A stretch of DNA of 64,000 nt from Salpingoeca rosetta (Eukaryota; Protista; Choanoflagellata), in contig JAWQFM010000001.1 of the NCBI GenBank assembly GCA_033442325.1, positions 1,046,779-1,110,778 on the forward strand, given 5' to 3'. A program made the translations under genes and the position numbers. How positions within the stretch are numbered: position 1 is the first letter of the stretch; the number at the start of each line of letters is the position of its first letter. Positions 14,899 through 26,061 of this stretch are shown here, one piece after another. The notes beneath the pieces are model-generated. The model saw only the letters and a list, made by a program, of their open reading frames with translations. It was not told where the DNA came from and made no database searches.

Positions 14899-17137
14899 GC
14901 GTGTATTTGTGTGTGCGTGTGAAGATGCTTGTGTACGTGTGCTCTTATCAGACTCATTGTCCGTCGCTTGCTCATCCGTTTGCTTGTGTTCGGTGGCAAT
15001 CTACTCCATCCATGCAGACATTGAGCAACAGATGGGCGACCTTGAGGGCGCCGATGCCGAGACGCTCGATCACGGCATGTGGGCAGGTGCGTACAGCTGC
15101 TCTCACAGCACAATGGAACAGCGAAAAGGGGGGGGGGGCAGTTGATTGTAGCCGGTGTTTGAAATTGTATTGCTTTCCTGCCATCATGTTGCTCGTAAGG
15201 CTGGTGCACGCAGATTGATGTCCCTGATACCGCATAATGTGTTGCGCGAATTCCATGTGCATGCACATGCAGGTGAGGATGAGGACGAGAAGGACGAGCC
15301 GAACGACGGGCACGAACAAGGCGGCGAGGAGCTTGGGGAGACAGAGCTTGGTGCCAAGCAGGACAACGACCCAAGCGGTGCCGATGACAAGAAAGATAAG
15401 AAGGACAAGAAGGAACAGTCCGAGGAAGGTGAATCTGGGGAGAACCAGGAAGAGCGCGGGGATGAGATCAACGACGAGTATGTTGGAGATCAGGAGGAAG
15501 ACGTGGAGGATGCGGCAGAGCAAGACCGCGCCAAGAAGGAGCAGGAGGAAGAGCAAAAGCAAGGCGACGGCGAAGGCGAAGACGAGGAAGACGGCGGTGA
15601 GGAGGACAAGGACATGGACCTTGACCTTCCAGACGACCTGAACCTCGACAATGGCAAAGACAACCAGGGCATGGACGAGGGAAGTGACGACGACGATGAT
15701 GATGCGGGCGAAGACGCTGAAGGCAAGAAGCCCGAGAAAGACGACGAGGATGGACAGAAGGGCGGCGAGGAGGAAGACGACGGTATCGATGACCAAAACA
15801 GGGAGGAACAGGAGCGTGCCGACCCCTTGCAGCAGGAGGACGAGACTACAGTTCCCGATGCCAAGGAGGAAGAAGGCGAGGATGAGGGTGAGGGTGAAGG
15901 TGATGGAGAAGAAGGAGAAGAAGGAGAAGGAGAAGACAAGAAGCAAGATGGAGAAGAAGGTGAAGATGCGGCTGAGAAGGAGGAGGAGAAGGGAGAGGAG
16001 GAACAGCAAGAAAAGGACGCGGCAGACAAGCAACAAGATGAAGCGCAAGCTGATGAAGAGGAAGAGAACAATGAAGGTGGCGAAGAAGATCAGGAAGGCG
16101 AGCAGCAAGCACCTGATGCAGGGTTTGATGCCGCCAAGGAAGAAGATGAGGAAATGAACATGCAAATGGACGAGGACACCGACGAAGAGCAGGAGGACGG
16201 TGGTGGTGAAGATGGTGATGGTGAGGATGCTCCACCCCCACCCCCTGCTGAAGACGAGAACGATGAGCAGCAGCAACAACAACAGCAGCAGCAGCAGCAG
16301 CAAGACAAAGAAACCCCGGACGCCTTTGAGGACAGCGCGCTGAACCAAGTCTCCGCAACTGTCACGGTGTGTCATCTGCCAAACTTGCATTCGTTTAAGA
16401 GCGTGCAGTTTTCACACACCCACGTGCACACTGACTGAAAAGCTCACATGCACATCCACATGCACACTCACTCAAACACTCACTCACTCCCAACCACCAC
16501 TCACTCACTCCCAACCACCACTCACTCACTTCCAAACGCAACTCGCTGAAACATTCCTTCTCACACTAAACGCATACTCTCAACTCGCTCGTGCGCGCAG
16601 GAGGATACGGGTATGATGGGGCTGGAAACGGTGGAGCAAGAAGCGGAGAGTGCGGAGACGGAGACTGCCGGTGGCCGCCACAGCCAGGGGTCCCAGCGGC
16701 GCAACCCCGAGCAGCATCAGACGCAGCGCACGCAGCAGCAGGAGGAGGGCGAGAGTGGCCAAGACCGCAAGGAGGAGCAGTTTGAACGGCTGCAGGACAC
16801 CAACCCGTACCGCAGCCTGGGTGACGTGCTCAAGTCGTGGCAGGACCGCCTGAACCTGCAGGAAGCGAGTGAGCAGCAAGACGAGGAAGATGCTGACGTG
16901 AACGCGGAGGAGCAAGACCGCGAGGGCGAGCACAACGAGGAAGAGGCCAGCGCAGACGCATTCCAGTTTGTGCGGGACAACGAGGCCTCTGACGCGCAGG
17001 TGCTAAGCTCTGCCACTGAAGAGCAGCAGAAGCAGCAAGAAGAGACGGTTGCGCAGGACGACGTGCAGCAGGAGGCCGAGGACGTGATGGCGATGGACAT
17101 GGCAGAGGATGAGCCACTGCCCAAGCCGGACACGGCC

Positions 17138-17169
<32 letters not shown>

Positions 17170-18354
17170 AGAGCAAGCTGAGGATGAGGAGACCCCTGAC
17201 AAAGAGGAGGAGGGGCAGAGCGCCGAAGACAAAGAGGATGACAGCGGAGAGCACGCTGACACCAGTGCCATGGACGGTGATGGTGAGGACAAGTTGAAAG
17301 AGGAAGAGGAAGCGGACGCCACTCAGGACGGCGAGGAAGGCGGCGCCGGGGATGGCAGCGCTGACGGTGCAAAGGAGGATGAGGAGGCGGACGAAGATGC
17401 GCAGGACGACGACAAGGCCCGCGGTGACGATGAGCAGGAGGAGGATGAGGAAGAAGAAGAAGAAATGACGCCAGAGGAACGAGCTGAGCTGCGGCAGAAG
17501 CTTGAGGACGCGCTGGATGGGCTGCGGGCGGACGAGAGCGAGCACGGCGAGACGGAGGCGGCGATTGCGAAGAGCTTTGAGCTTTGGCAGGAGCTTGAGC
17601 ACCTCACATCGTCGCTGTCCCACTCGCTGTGCGAGCAGCTGCGCCTTGTGCTTGAAGCGTCGCAGGCGTCGAAGATGAAGGGCGACTACCGCACAGGCAA
17701 GCGGCTGAACATGCGCAAGATCATCCCGTACATTGCGTCGCAGTTCCGCAAGGACAAGATTTGGCTGCGGCGGACCAAGCCGTCCAAGCGTGAGTACCAG
17801 ATTGTGCTTGCGATTGACGACTCCCGCAGCATGTCGCTGTACCACTCCAAGCAGATGGCGCTTGAGTCGCTGTGCCTCATCTCGCAGGCGCTGAACAAGC
17901 TTGAAGCTGGCGAGCTGAGCGTGTTCAAGTTTGGGCAGCAGGTGGATGTGGTGCACAAGGCGGGCGACCCCTTCACGGCGGCGAGCGGTGCGGAGTGCCT
18001 GCGCCGGTTTTCGTTTGATGAGGAGCGCACGCGCATTGGCGAGCTGCTGAAGCACGCGTCTGCGGTGCTGGGCGACATGGCGGAGAAGCGGATGCGCAGT
18101 CCGAATCTGAAGGTGTCGCAGCTCCTGTTTGTGGTGTCGGACACGGACAACCTGTACCAGGAAGGGGAGGCGTTTGTGGAGCGCGCTGTTCAGCAGCTGC
18201 GAGAACAGAACGTGTTTTTGGTGTTTGTGATTATTGATTCGCCGAGCAAGAAGCGCAGCATCCTGAACCAGACCTCGGTCAACTTTGTCGGCAACAAAGT
18301 GCTCAAGGTCGATTACATGGACCGCTTCGCAGACAAGAACTACATTGTGCTCAG
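1..18354 (+). CDS. MDN1: Midasin (Rea1) AAA+ ATPase for 60S maturation; multi-exon, 5' end outside the window, last exon probably in the gap
   Basis: Four AAA modules: [40 protein letters not shown] with Walker [17 protein letters not shown], matching AAA3-AAA6. Followed by a long helical linker, a D/E-rich tail and a MIDAS domain ([29 protein letters not shown]; LAIDDSRSM). Exons approx 1-4922, 5227-5479, 5712-14266, 14478-14579, 14738-14851, 15018-15086, 15273-16348, 16601-18354. Confidence 0.97.
1636..1870 (+). repeat. (CAA)n coding microsatellite, polyglutamine tract in midasin
   Basis: Long near-pure CAA run with a few CAG/CTA/GAG interruptions, in frame in the midasin exon. Confidence 0.95.
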
Positions 18355-18387
18355 GTGTGTTTATGTGTGTGTGGTGGGGGGGGATGT

Positions 18388-18436
<49 letters not shown>

Positions 18437-18449
18437 TGTGGTGGTGGTG

Positions 18450-19436
18450 NNNNNNNNNNNNNNNNNNNNNNNNNNNNNNNNNNNNNNNNNNNNNNNNNNN
18501 NNNNNNNNNNNNNNNNNNNNNNNNNNNNNNNNNNNNNNNNNNNNNNNNNNNNNNNNNNNNNNNNNNNNNNNNNNNNNNNNNNNNNNNNNNNNNNNNNNNN
18601 NNNNNNNNNNNNNNNNNNNNNNNNNNNNNNNNNNNNNNNNNNNNNNNNNNNNNNNNNNNNNNNNNNNNNNNNNNNNNNNNNNNNNNNNNNNNNNNNNNNN
18701 NNNNNNNNNNNNNNNNNNNNNNNNNNNNNNNNNNNNNNNNNNNNNNNNNNNNNNNNNNNNNNNNNNNNNNNNNNNNNNNNNNNNNNNNNNNNNNNNNNNN
18801 NNNNNNNNNNNNNNNNNNNNNNNNNNNNNNNNNNNNNNNNNNNNNNNNNNNNNNNNNNNNNNNNNNNNNNNNNNNNNNNNNNNNNNNNNNNNNNNNNNNN
18901 NNNNNNNNNNNNNNNNNNNNNNNNNNNNNNNNNNNNNNNNNNNNNNNNNNNNNNNNNNNNNNNNNNNNNNNNNNNNNNNNNNNNNNNNNNNNNNNNNNNN
19001 NNNNNNNNNNNNNNNNNNNNNNNNNNNNNNNNNNNNNNNNNNNNNNNNNNNNNNNNNNNNNNNNNNNNNNNNNNNNNNNNNNNNNNNNNNNNNNNNNNNN
19101 NNNNNNNNNNNNNNNNNNNNNNNNNNNNNNNNNNNNNNNNNNNNNNNNNNNNNNNNNNNNNNNNNNNNNNNNNNNNNNNNNNNNNNNNNNNNNNNNNNNN
19201 NNNNNNNNNNNNNNNNNNNNNNNNNNNNNNNNNNNNNNNNNNNNNNNNNNNNNNNNNNNNNNNNNNNNNNNNNNNNNNNNNNNNNNNNNNNNNNNNNNNN
19301 NNNNNNNNNNNNNNNNNNNNNNNNNNNNNNNNNNNNNNNNNNNNNNNNNNNNNNNNNNNNNNNNNNNNNNNNNNNNNNNNNNNNNNNNNNNNNNNNNNNN
19401 NNNNNNNNNNNNNNNNNNNNNNNNNNNNNNNNNNNN
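18450..19436. other. Assembly gap (N run)
   Basis: Ns flanked by (TG)n repeats. Confidence 1.
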
Positions 19437-19465
19437 GGGTTAGGTCGGTGGAGTAAACGACATAT

Positions 19466-19510
<45 letters not shown>

Positions 19511-20084
19511 GCTGCTGGGGGGAATGTGTGTGTGTGTCGCGAAGAACGCAAACGTGGCAATGTCCATGCCACTGCGCACAGCACACACACACTCACACAC
19601 ACATGCACACACACATGCACACACAACATACACAGACACAGACACACACACCACACACACAGACACACACACATGCACACACAACATACATACACACTCA
19701 CTCACACACACACACACACTCTCTCTCACTTTCATCTTTTGCACCACCCTCCACGCACCTGTCGTGTTAGAGGAGAAATGGCAATATCATCGCCTATTTT
19801 TCGCGCCTGCAGTTCCCAAACCAAACCAACAAACCATCTGCTTGTTACCGTCCATCGTTCGCTCGCTTGTGCTCGCGCTTGTTGCTTGCTTGCTTGCCTG
19901 CTTGCTTGCGCTCGCCATCCAAGCAACCGAGCAACACCAACACCCCTCCCTTCCTTTGTTGACAATTGTTCACTCGCCCGCGCCGACCTAATCCCCCCCT
20001 CCTCCTCCGTGCTCTTGCTCGCTCACGGGTTACGCTTGCTTGACTTCCACAAACTTCCTTTCTTCGACGACCACTCCCACCACC

Positions 20085-21809
20085 ATGGATCGCATGGTGT
20101 GGTTGATGCGCCAGATGGGAGAGCCGAGGAGGGCCGACCCGGGCGACATGGAGCTTGGCGAGGATTGGCTTCGTGAGGAGGAGCGCGAGGACCAGCCACC
20201 GGCACCGCCACGAGCGCGACTTCGAGCAGAACCGCTGGCTGAGCCCTTTGAAGAGCCATTGTGGATGCGCCGCAGAAGGGCCAACCCGGCCATGCGTCGT
20301 GCACAGAGTCCACAAACCGCGGAGCCACAGGAAGGCGAGTCTGTGGAGGCGCAGCTTCAGCGACGACGAAGAATGATTCCGCCGCTGCAACGCCGGTTGC
20401 CTCCCACAGTCGTCCGCGCACCCCACCCTCCACATCCTGCACAAGCAGCGCCTGCCCCCCGCGCTGCAGAAGACCCACAACAAGCACCACAAACGCAAGC
20501 ACAAACGCAAGCACAACAGCAAGAAGCACCACAAGCACAACAGCAACAGCAAGTACAACAGCAACCACAACAGGTGTTGAGGTCGGCGTCCGTGGCACTT
20601 ACACGTGCCGGCGAGCCGATGCGCGTCAACGCCGTCGTTCCACCAAAAGGGCGCGTTGGGCATGCGCTAGTGCTTGTCGCCGGTCGGCTGCTGAGCGTTG
20701 GGGGATCCTTCCGGTCCCTGGGCGGCGCGAACCAGGAGTTTCTCGGCTTCGACTGGGCCAAGTCTGCGTGGTACCGCCTCCCGTTGCGGGGCCCCACGGC
20801 TCGCCTGCAACGCACGGGCGCATCCGTCACCGTGTACATGGACCGGTACCTGGTCATCTTTGGTGGGTTTGTGTCCTTTTGGGGCAGCTCGCACACACGG
20901 GACGTCTTGATTGTGGACGTGCACCGGCAGGTGCTCCACGATGAACGCTCCACCATCACCATCCAGGGCCCGCTGCCCCACCCGCGCGATAAGCACACCG
21001 CCGTGTGCTACCAGGGCCGCATGTACGTGTTTGGCGGCTGGGGCTCGGACGTGCCGGAGGCAGAGGGCTTCGTTCGCGCGGGCGTGGAGGAGGACGCGCC
21101 CATGAGCTGCGGGTGGACCAACACCATGCACTCGCTCGACCTCACTCCGCTGGACGCCTGGGACGGCGAGTCGAACATCACGCTCACGTGGCGTGAGGAG
21201 GCGCCAACGGGCACCCCGCCAGCGCCGCGGGCCGCGCACTCCACGGCGCTGTATGGGGACACGATGGTCGTGTTTGGCGGGCGCACGCAGCCCAGTCGCA
21301 CCAACGACGTGCACAGCCTGCACCTGCCCACCATGCACTGGAGCGGGCCCTGGGAACTGACGGGGCCAACCATCCCCGTGCGCTCGTGGCAGTGCGCCAC
21401 GTTTGTTCCCCCGCACCACATGTTCCTGCAGGGCGGCCTCAACAAGGACAGGCAGGTGCTCGCAGACACATATGTCATTGACTTGCGCAACCGCCACGTG
21501 GAGCGGCTGCCGGACCACGGCCACAACCTGTGGCACGCGTCCGTGTACGTTGAGCCGTACGTGTACTACTTTGGCGGCTCGCAGACGGCGCTGCCACAGC
21601 ACGGCATGCACAACACGCTCTACCGCTGCTGCCCGCTTCAGCCCACGCTCACAGACCGGTGCCTGGAGGCGATAGCCACCATGGATGAGGAGGACTTTGC
21701 GCGCATTGAGCCCGACATTCCAGAACTGTTTGTTGACCAAGTGCATTTGCGTCGCACCACACACGTCGCCGCAGAACGCTGCCAGGTCGCAGATGTGGCC
21801 GGCTCTTGA
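20085..21809 (+). CDS. Kelch-domain protein, KLHDC1/KLHDC2-like Cul2-Elongin BC substrate receptor; intronless
   Basis: Kelch blades PRDKHTAVCYQGRMYVFGGWG, GWTN, PAPRAAHS..VFGGRTQPSRTND, PVRSW, NLWHAS..YFGG, then a C-terminal BC-box-like PTLTDRCLEAIA. ATG in CACCATGG context at 20085. Disordered P/Q/R-rich N-terminus. Confidence 0.85.
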   Translation: MDRMVWLMRQMGEPRRADPGDMELGEDWLREEEREDQPPAPPRARLRAEPLAEPFEEPLWMRRRRANPAMRRAQSPQTAEPQEGESVEAQLQRRRRMIPPLQRRLPPTVVRAPHPPHPAQAAPAPRAAEDPQQAPQTQAQTQAQQQEAPQAQQQQQVQQQPQQVLRSASVALTRAGEPMRVNAVVPPKGRVGHALVLVAGRLLSVGGSFRSLGGANQEFLGFDWAKSAWYRLPLRGPTARLQRTGASVTVYMDRYLVIFGGFVSFWGSSHTRDVLIVDVHRQVLHDERSTITIQGPLPHPRDKHTAVCYQGRMYVFGGWGSDVPEAEGFVRAGVEEDAPMSCGWTNTMHSLDLTPLDAWDGESNITLTWREEAPTGTPPAPRAAHSTALYGDTMVVFGGRTQPSRTNDVHSLHLPTMHWSGPWELTGPTIPVRSWQCATFVPPHHMFLQGGLNKDRQVLADTYVIDLRNRHVERLPDHGHNLWHASVYVEPYVYYFGGSQTALPQHGMHNTLYRCCPLQPTLTDRCLEAIATMDEEDFARIEPDIPELFVDQVHLRRTTHVAAERCQVADVAGS

Positions 21810-22482
21810 TGCTGCTGTTTTGTGTGTTTGTTTGTTTTGTTTGTTTGTTTGTTTGGTTTGTTTGTTTGGTTTGTTTGTTTGCTTGTCTGACTATCTGTCG
21901 GTCGTTGTGTGCACGCACCTCTTCCTCGCCTGCCTCCTCTGCCCTCCTCCTCCCTCCACCCTGTCTTTCTTGTCCCTTTTTTTGCGACTCACTCTGCTTC
22001 TGTTTTGCTTTGCCGTCCAACCATCATACTGGCGTTGTTGTGTGTTGTGTTACCTTGGCTTAGACTGACGACCCGCACGCCCTGCGTTGCGTGTGCCTGC
22101 ATTGGTTGCTGCAATGCACGTTCGTCATGTGTGCGCTTGTGGCAATCACGGCGTGCGTGCAGCGCGCACTATCTGTTTGTACATAATCGATTGATTGGGC
22201 CCCGCTTGGTGCAATGCCATCCATGAATCCATCCACCCGTTCATTCGGGCATTCATTCCTTCACTCATGTCATGCATTCGTTTACGCGCCCAGATGCGCC
22301 GGCTTTAATACAACATAATCTGCGTAATGGTACATGTGGCCTGGAGTTCTGGAAGAGGTTTGAACATGATGCAGATTGCGAATGTGGGTGGGTGGTGGGA
22401 TGGACAGACGGCACAGAAACAAACAAGTGCATGCGTGCGTACAGCGAACACGCGGTGGGCATCAAACTCGAATTCGCTGCGT

Positions 22483-22527
22483 GGCTGCATGGCTGCATGG
22501 CTGCATGGCTGCATGGCTGCATGGCTG
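22483..22527. repeat. 8-bp tandem repeat (GGCTGCAT)x5
   Basis: Read directly; lies between two convergent gene 3' ends. Confidence 0.9.
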
Positions 22528-22535
22528 TGCTCGAA

Positions 22536-23452
22536 CTAAGAGATGAGAACTTTCCTCTTCTTCTTCTTCTTCTTCTCCTCCTCCTCCTTTGCCTTGCTGC
22601 TGGTGTTCTTGTGGGTGTGTTGGTTGGTACTTGTCCGGTGTTGCTTGTTGTGCGATGGGTCAGCGATGCTCACCACGTGAGCAGCGATGTCGCCTTCATT
22701 CGCTTTCGACACGGGCACGGTTTCACCCAGTTGTTGTTGCTGCCGGTGTTGTTGGTGATGTGGTTGCTTGTGTTGTGGTTGATGCTTGTGTGTGCTGGGT
22801 GATGGTGGCGCTGCATCGAAAAACTGGCTGTCGACCACGTCAGTGGGGCCACCAATGAGAATGTCATCATCGCCTTCGTCATCCCCATCGTAATCACTGC
22901 TGTCATCATCATCGCCGTCGTTATCATCCGCATGGTACCCCATCATTCCATCATCATCATCTCCTGCAGCATAGTCGTCGTGGTCGTCGCCAAAATAATC
23001 TTCATCCTCATCCCCCACCTCGTCATGGAACGGAAGCCAATCGTCGTCGTCATCAGCGTCGTCGTCGCTATCGCCAGCATCTCGCTTGTCATGGGTGCTG
23101 ACACCGCCGTGCATGCGCTGGCCTGCACGGCGCTTCTGTCGCCTGTGTGCATGCTTGCGTGTGTGGTCGTCGGGGTTGCTGGTGTATGCATCTTCCTCGT
23201 GCTCTTCATCAAGCATGGCCATCATCGGCTTTAGGCTGAAGAGACCAAGTCCAAACGCATCGTCATCGTCGTACATGCTGCTGTCCTTGTTGCTGTTGCT
23301 GTCGTCACCGAGCTGAGGCAGCAGCCCTGCGATTGGGGCGAGGGCGGGGTGGATGCCGCCTCTAGACTCTCCAAACATGGCCGCAAACGAGTCGCCCGGC
23401 AAGGAGAAGGGTGCATGTCCGGCCACTGCGCCACGACCACGGCCAGCTCCAG

Positions 23453-23492
<40 letters not shown>

Positions 23493-23713
23493 GTCGTCGT
23501 CGTAGGTGTGGTCGTCGAGACGTGTGCTTGCCACGTCCCTCCGGGGTTGCAGTTGTTGTTGTTGCTGCTGTAATTGCTGTGATCGCTGTGATTGTTGGTC
23601 ATCTGAGAAGCCGCCGTCCCACAGCACGCTGGCGGGGAGTGCACCAAACTCTTCCAGCCACGCCTCTCGCGCACTCATGTGCCATTCCATCAGCTCCTGT
23701 CAATAGGGGTGAG

Positions 23714-23809
<96 letters not shown>

Positions 23810-24540
23810 TGACAGGTGTGAGTCCATCGGTTTGCCGGTCTTGTGCATGTTCGCAGCTCTCTTAGAGAACAGGGTCAATGGGTTCCCGGTTCTCACTCGA
23901 CCCCTCCGCCTCCCCTTCACCACAATTCACACTCGTTGATCTGACCTGGAAGTGGGCATCTGCTGGGCGGTCGTCGACTGGTGGCATGCGAGACAGACAC
24001 ATGGCAATGATGCGGTCCAAGACGTTCATATCTGGTGGCGCCGTGTATGCGATGGGGGGGGGGTGAAAGGATGTGATGTGAGAGTATTGTCGATGCATCC
24101 GCGTGTACGAATCCTCGCAACGGGAGCGCAGATATGCTCGGTGTGCTGGCTGCGACTGCCGCTTACCTTGACCTGGCCCAGGAAAGATGACGTCGGTATC
24201 ATCTCGATCTTCTTGCGCATGAGTGGAGGGCTGTGTGATGGCTGCAAGCCGCTCCGCCGTGTCTGCGCGTAACGTGAAGGTAAAAGTGGAGCATGGTTGA
24301 GTGAATGCGATTGGCGTTCAAGACAGGAGTAGCCACTTGCTTGACTGACACAGCTGAAGCAGAGGGCCATTGGTATGTGGCAGCGCGTGAGTTAGCACAC
24401 CATCTGTCAAAACATACTCAGCATTTCTTGTTTGATGGCGATGTTCTCCACCTCCACTGCCATGCGCAGTTTCCATGTGATGGGGCGATTGCAATCCAGG
24501 ATCATCGCCCGCACCATACCCACTGCCAGTACATACGCAG

Positions 24541-24591
<51 letters not shown>

Positions 24592-24603
24592 TGTGTGTGC
24601 GTG

Positions 24604-24660
<57 letters not shown>

Positions 24661-24679
24661 ATGTGTGTGTGTGTGCGTG

Positions 24680-24737
<58 letters not shown>

Positions 24738-24930
24738 TGTGAGCGTCAGTCTTCAAACCGCAACAGCAGTACCGCCACTGCCGACAGCGCCGACCGCAGG
24801 AGTGCAGGGCAGAGGGGTGTGCGCTGAGCATGCACACCAGCACACGCACCTGACTCCCATGACGACGGCTTGTCAACGAGAGCCCATGCTTCCTCGACCG
24901 AGCTATTACCGGGCAGTCTGCATACAACGT

Positions 24931-25005
<75 letters not shown>

Positions 25006-25459
25006 TGCGTGTGTGTGTGTGTGTGTGTATGAGAAGGGGGGATGGAGATGGCTTCTGCGACGGCGGCAGTGACAGCCCAACAAGTGCAAGCACTGGGAAC
25101 AGCTTGCGGCGAACAGCTTACGGAGGATAAGGCTCTTGCAGAATGGTGTCCTTTGCGGTGTTGGACATGGCCTTGAGCTGTTCAATGCAGTCATCGGCCG
25201 TTGCGGCGGTGGCGTGCATGGCTGCTTCCGCCTCAAACAATGCCTCGCACACAGCGTCATGGGTTGGAAACCGCGCCAGTAGCGCACTGCGAAGTGCGTC
25301 CACGTCCACGCCGCCATTGCCCCTGCTGTGCTTCTTGTCGTCGTCCTCCTCCTGCACCAACACCCGCTCCTGCACCCGAGTCCAGTTCACAACGAGCACG
25401 GGCGTCTCCTCCGCCTGCGTGTGCTTGTGCTCGTGCGCTGAAGCTTGGTGGTCGTCCAT
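22536..25459 (-). CDS. Hypothetical protein with a helical N-terminal region and a long Asp-rich disordered tail; about 6 exons
   Basis: Phase-consistent GT-AG splicing gives ...QEPYPP|[22 protein letters not shown]|[35 protein letters not shown]|[17 protein letters not shown]|[29 protein letters not shown]|[21 protein letters not shown], then poly-D and a K-rich end. No family recognised. Confidence 0.65.
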
Positions 25460-26061
25460 CGTCGCACGTGGTTTCGTTTGGTTGTCCTGTCTTCTTTGTT
25501 GTTGCCTCGTGGTGGTGATGGGATGGGCGCCGCGAAATTGTAAAAAAAAGTTTGTGCGAGAGGATGATAAGTTGCCGTGAGGCCTGGGAGTGGAGGAGTG
25601 GGGGGGGGGGGCTCTCTTCTCTTCAAAGCTTCAAGCCTTCAAGCCCTCCTTACCTCCAGGCAGCCAGGCGTGAGGAAGAGCGAGAACAAGAGAGTGCACG
25701 CAACAGGCTCGCAACAGAGAGAGGAAATGGTGCTGCGTAATGTAACATTCTTCGTGGAGTGGAACATGTGTGTCTGTGTGTGCCTTGTATCCTTCCACCC
25801 TTCTTCCAAGTGTGTTCATTGAATTGGCGTTCGCGTGTGAGCTTGAAGCACCTTGAACAGACTTTGTCTGTACTCTTTGATTGGATGTGGACTTACAACG
25901 ATGAAAGAACGATGGCAAGACCGACAGCACCAACGCATGTCCCTCTCTAGCCCCCGCATTCAAGTTAAAGCGATCAACCAAGTTTTTGATGTTTGTTTGT
26001 ACATGTGTCTTGCACAAAACCGCACAGTCACACGCACCCAGACAAGCGCAAGCATTCGCGG

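Noticed and set aside
3122-16390. Long antisense ORFs over midasin (e.g. 3122-4657, 8863-11043, 14972-16390)
   Set aside because: Shadow frames from GC-rich codon bias; no recognisable motifs.
19437-19445. GGGTTAGG next to the gap as a telomeric repeat
   Set aside because: Only one unit, not an array.
17003-19991. Long ORFs spanning the N run
   Set aside because: Artefacts of translating Ns.
23679-25317. Cys-Val and His-Thr repeat ORFs here and throughout the window as metal-binding proteins
   Set aside because: Translations of intronic (TG)n/(CA)n microsatellites.
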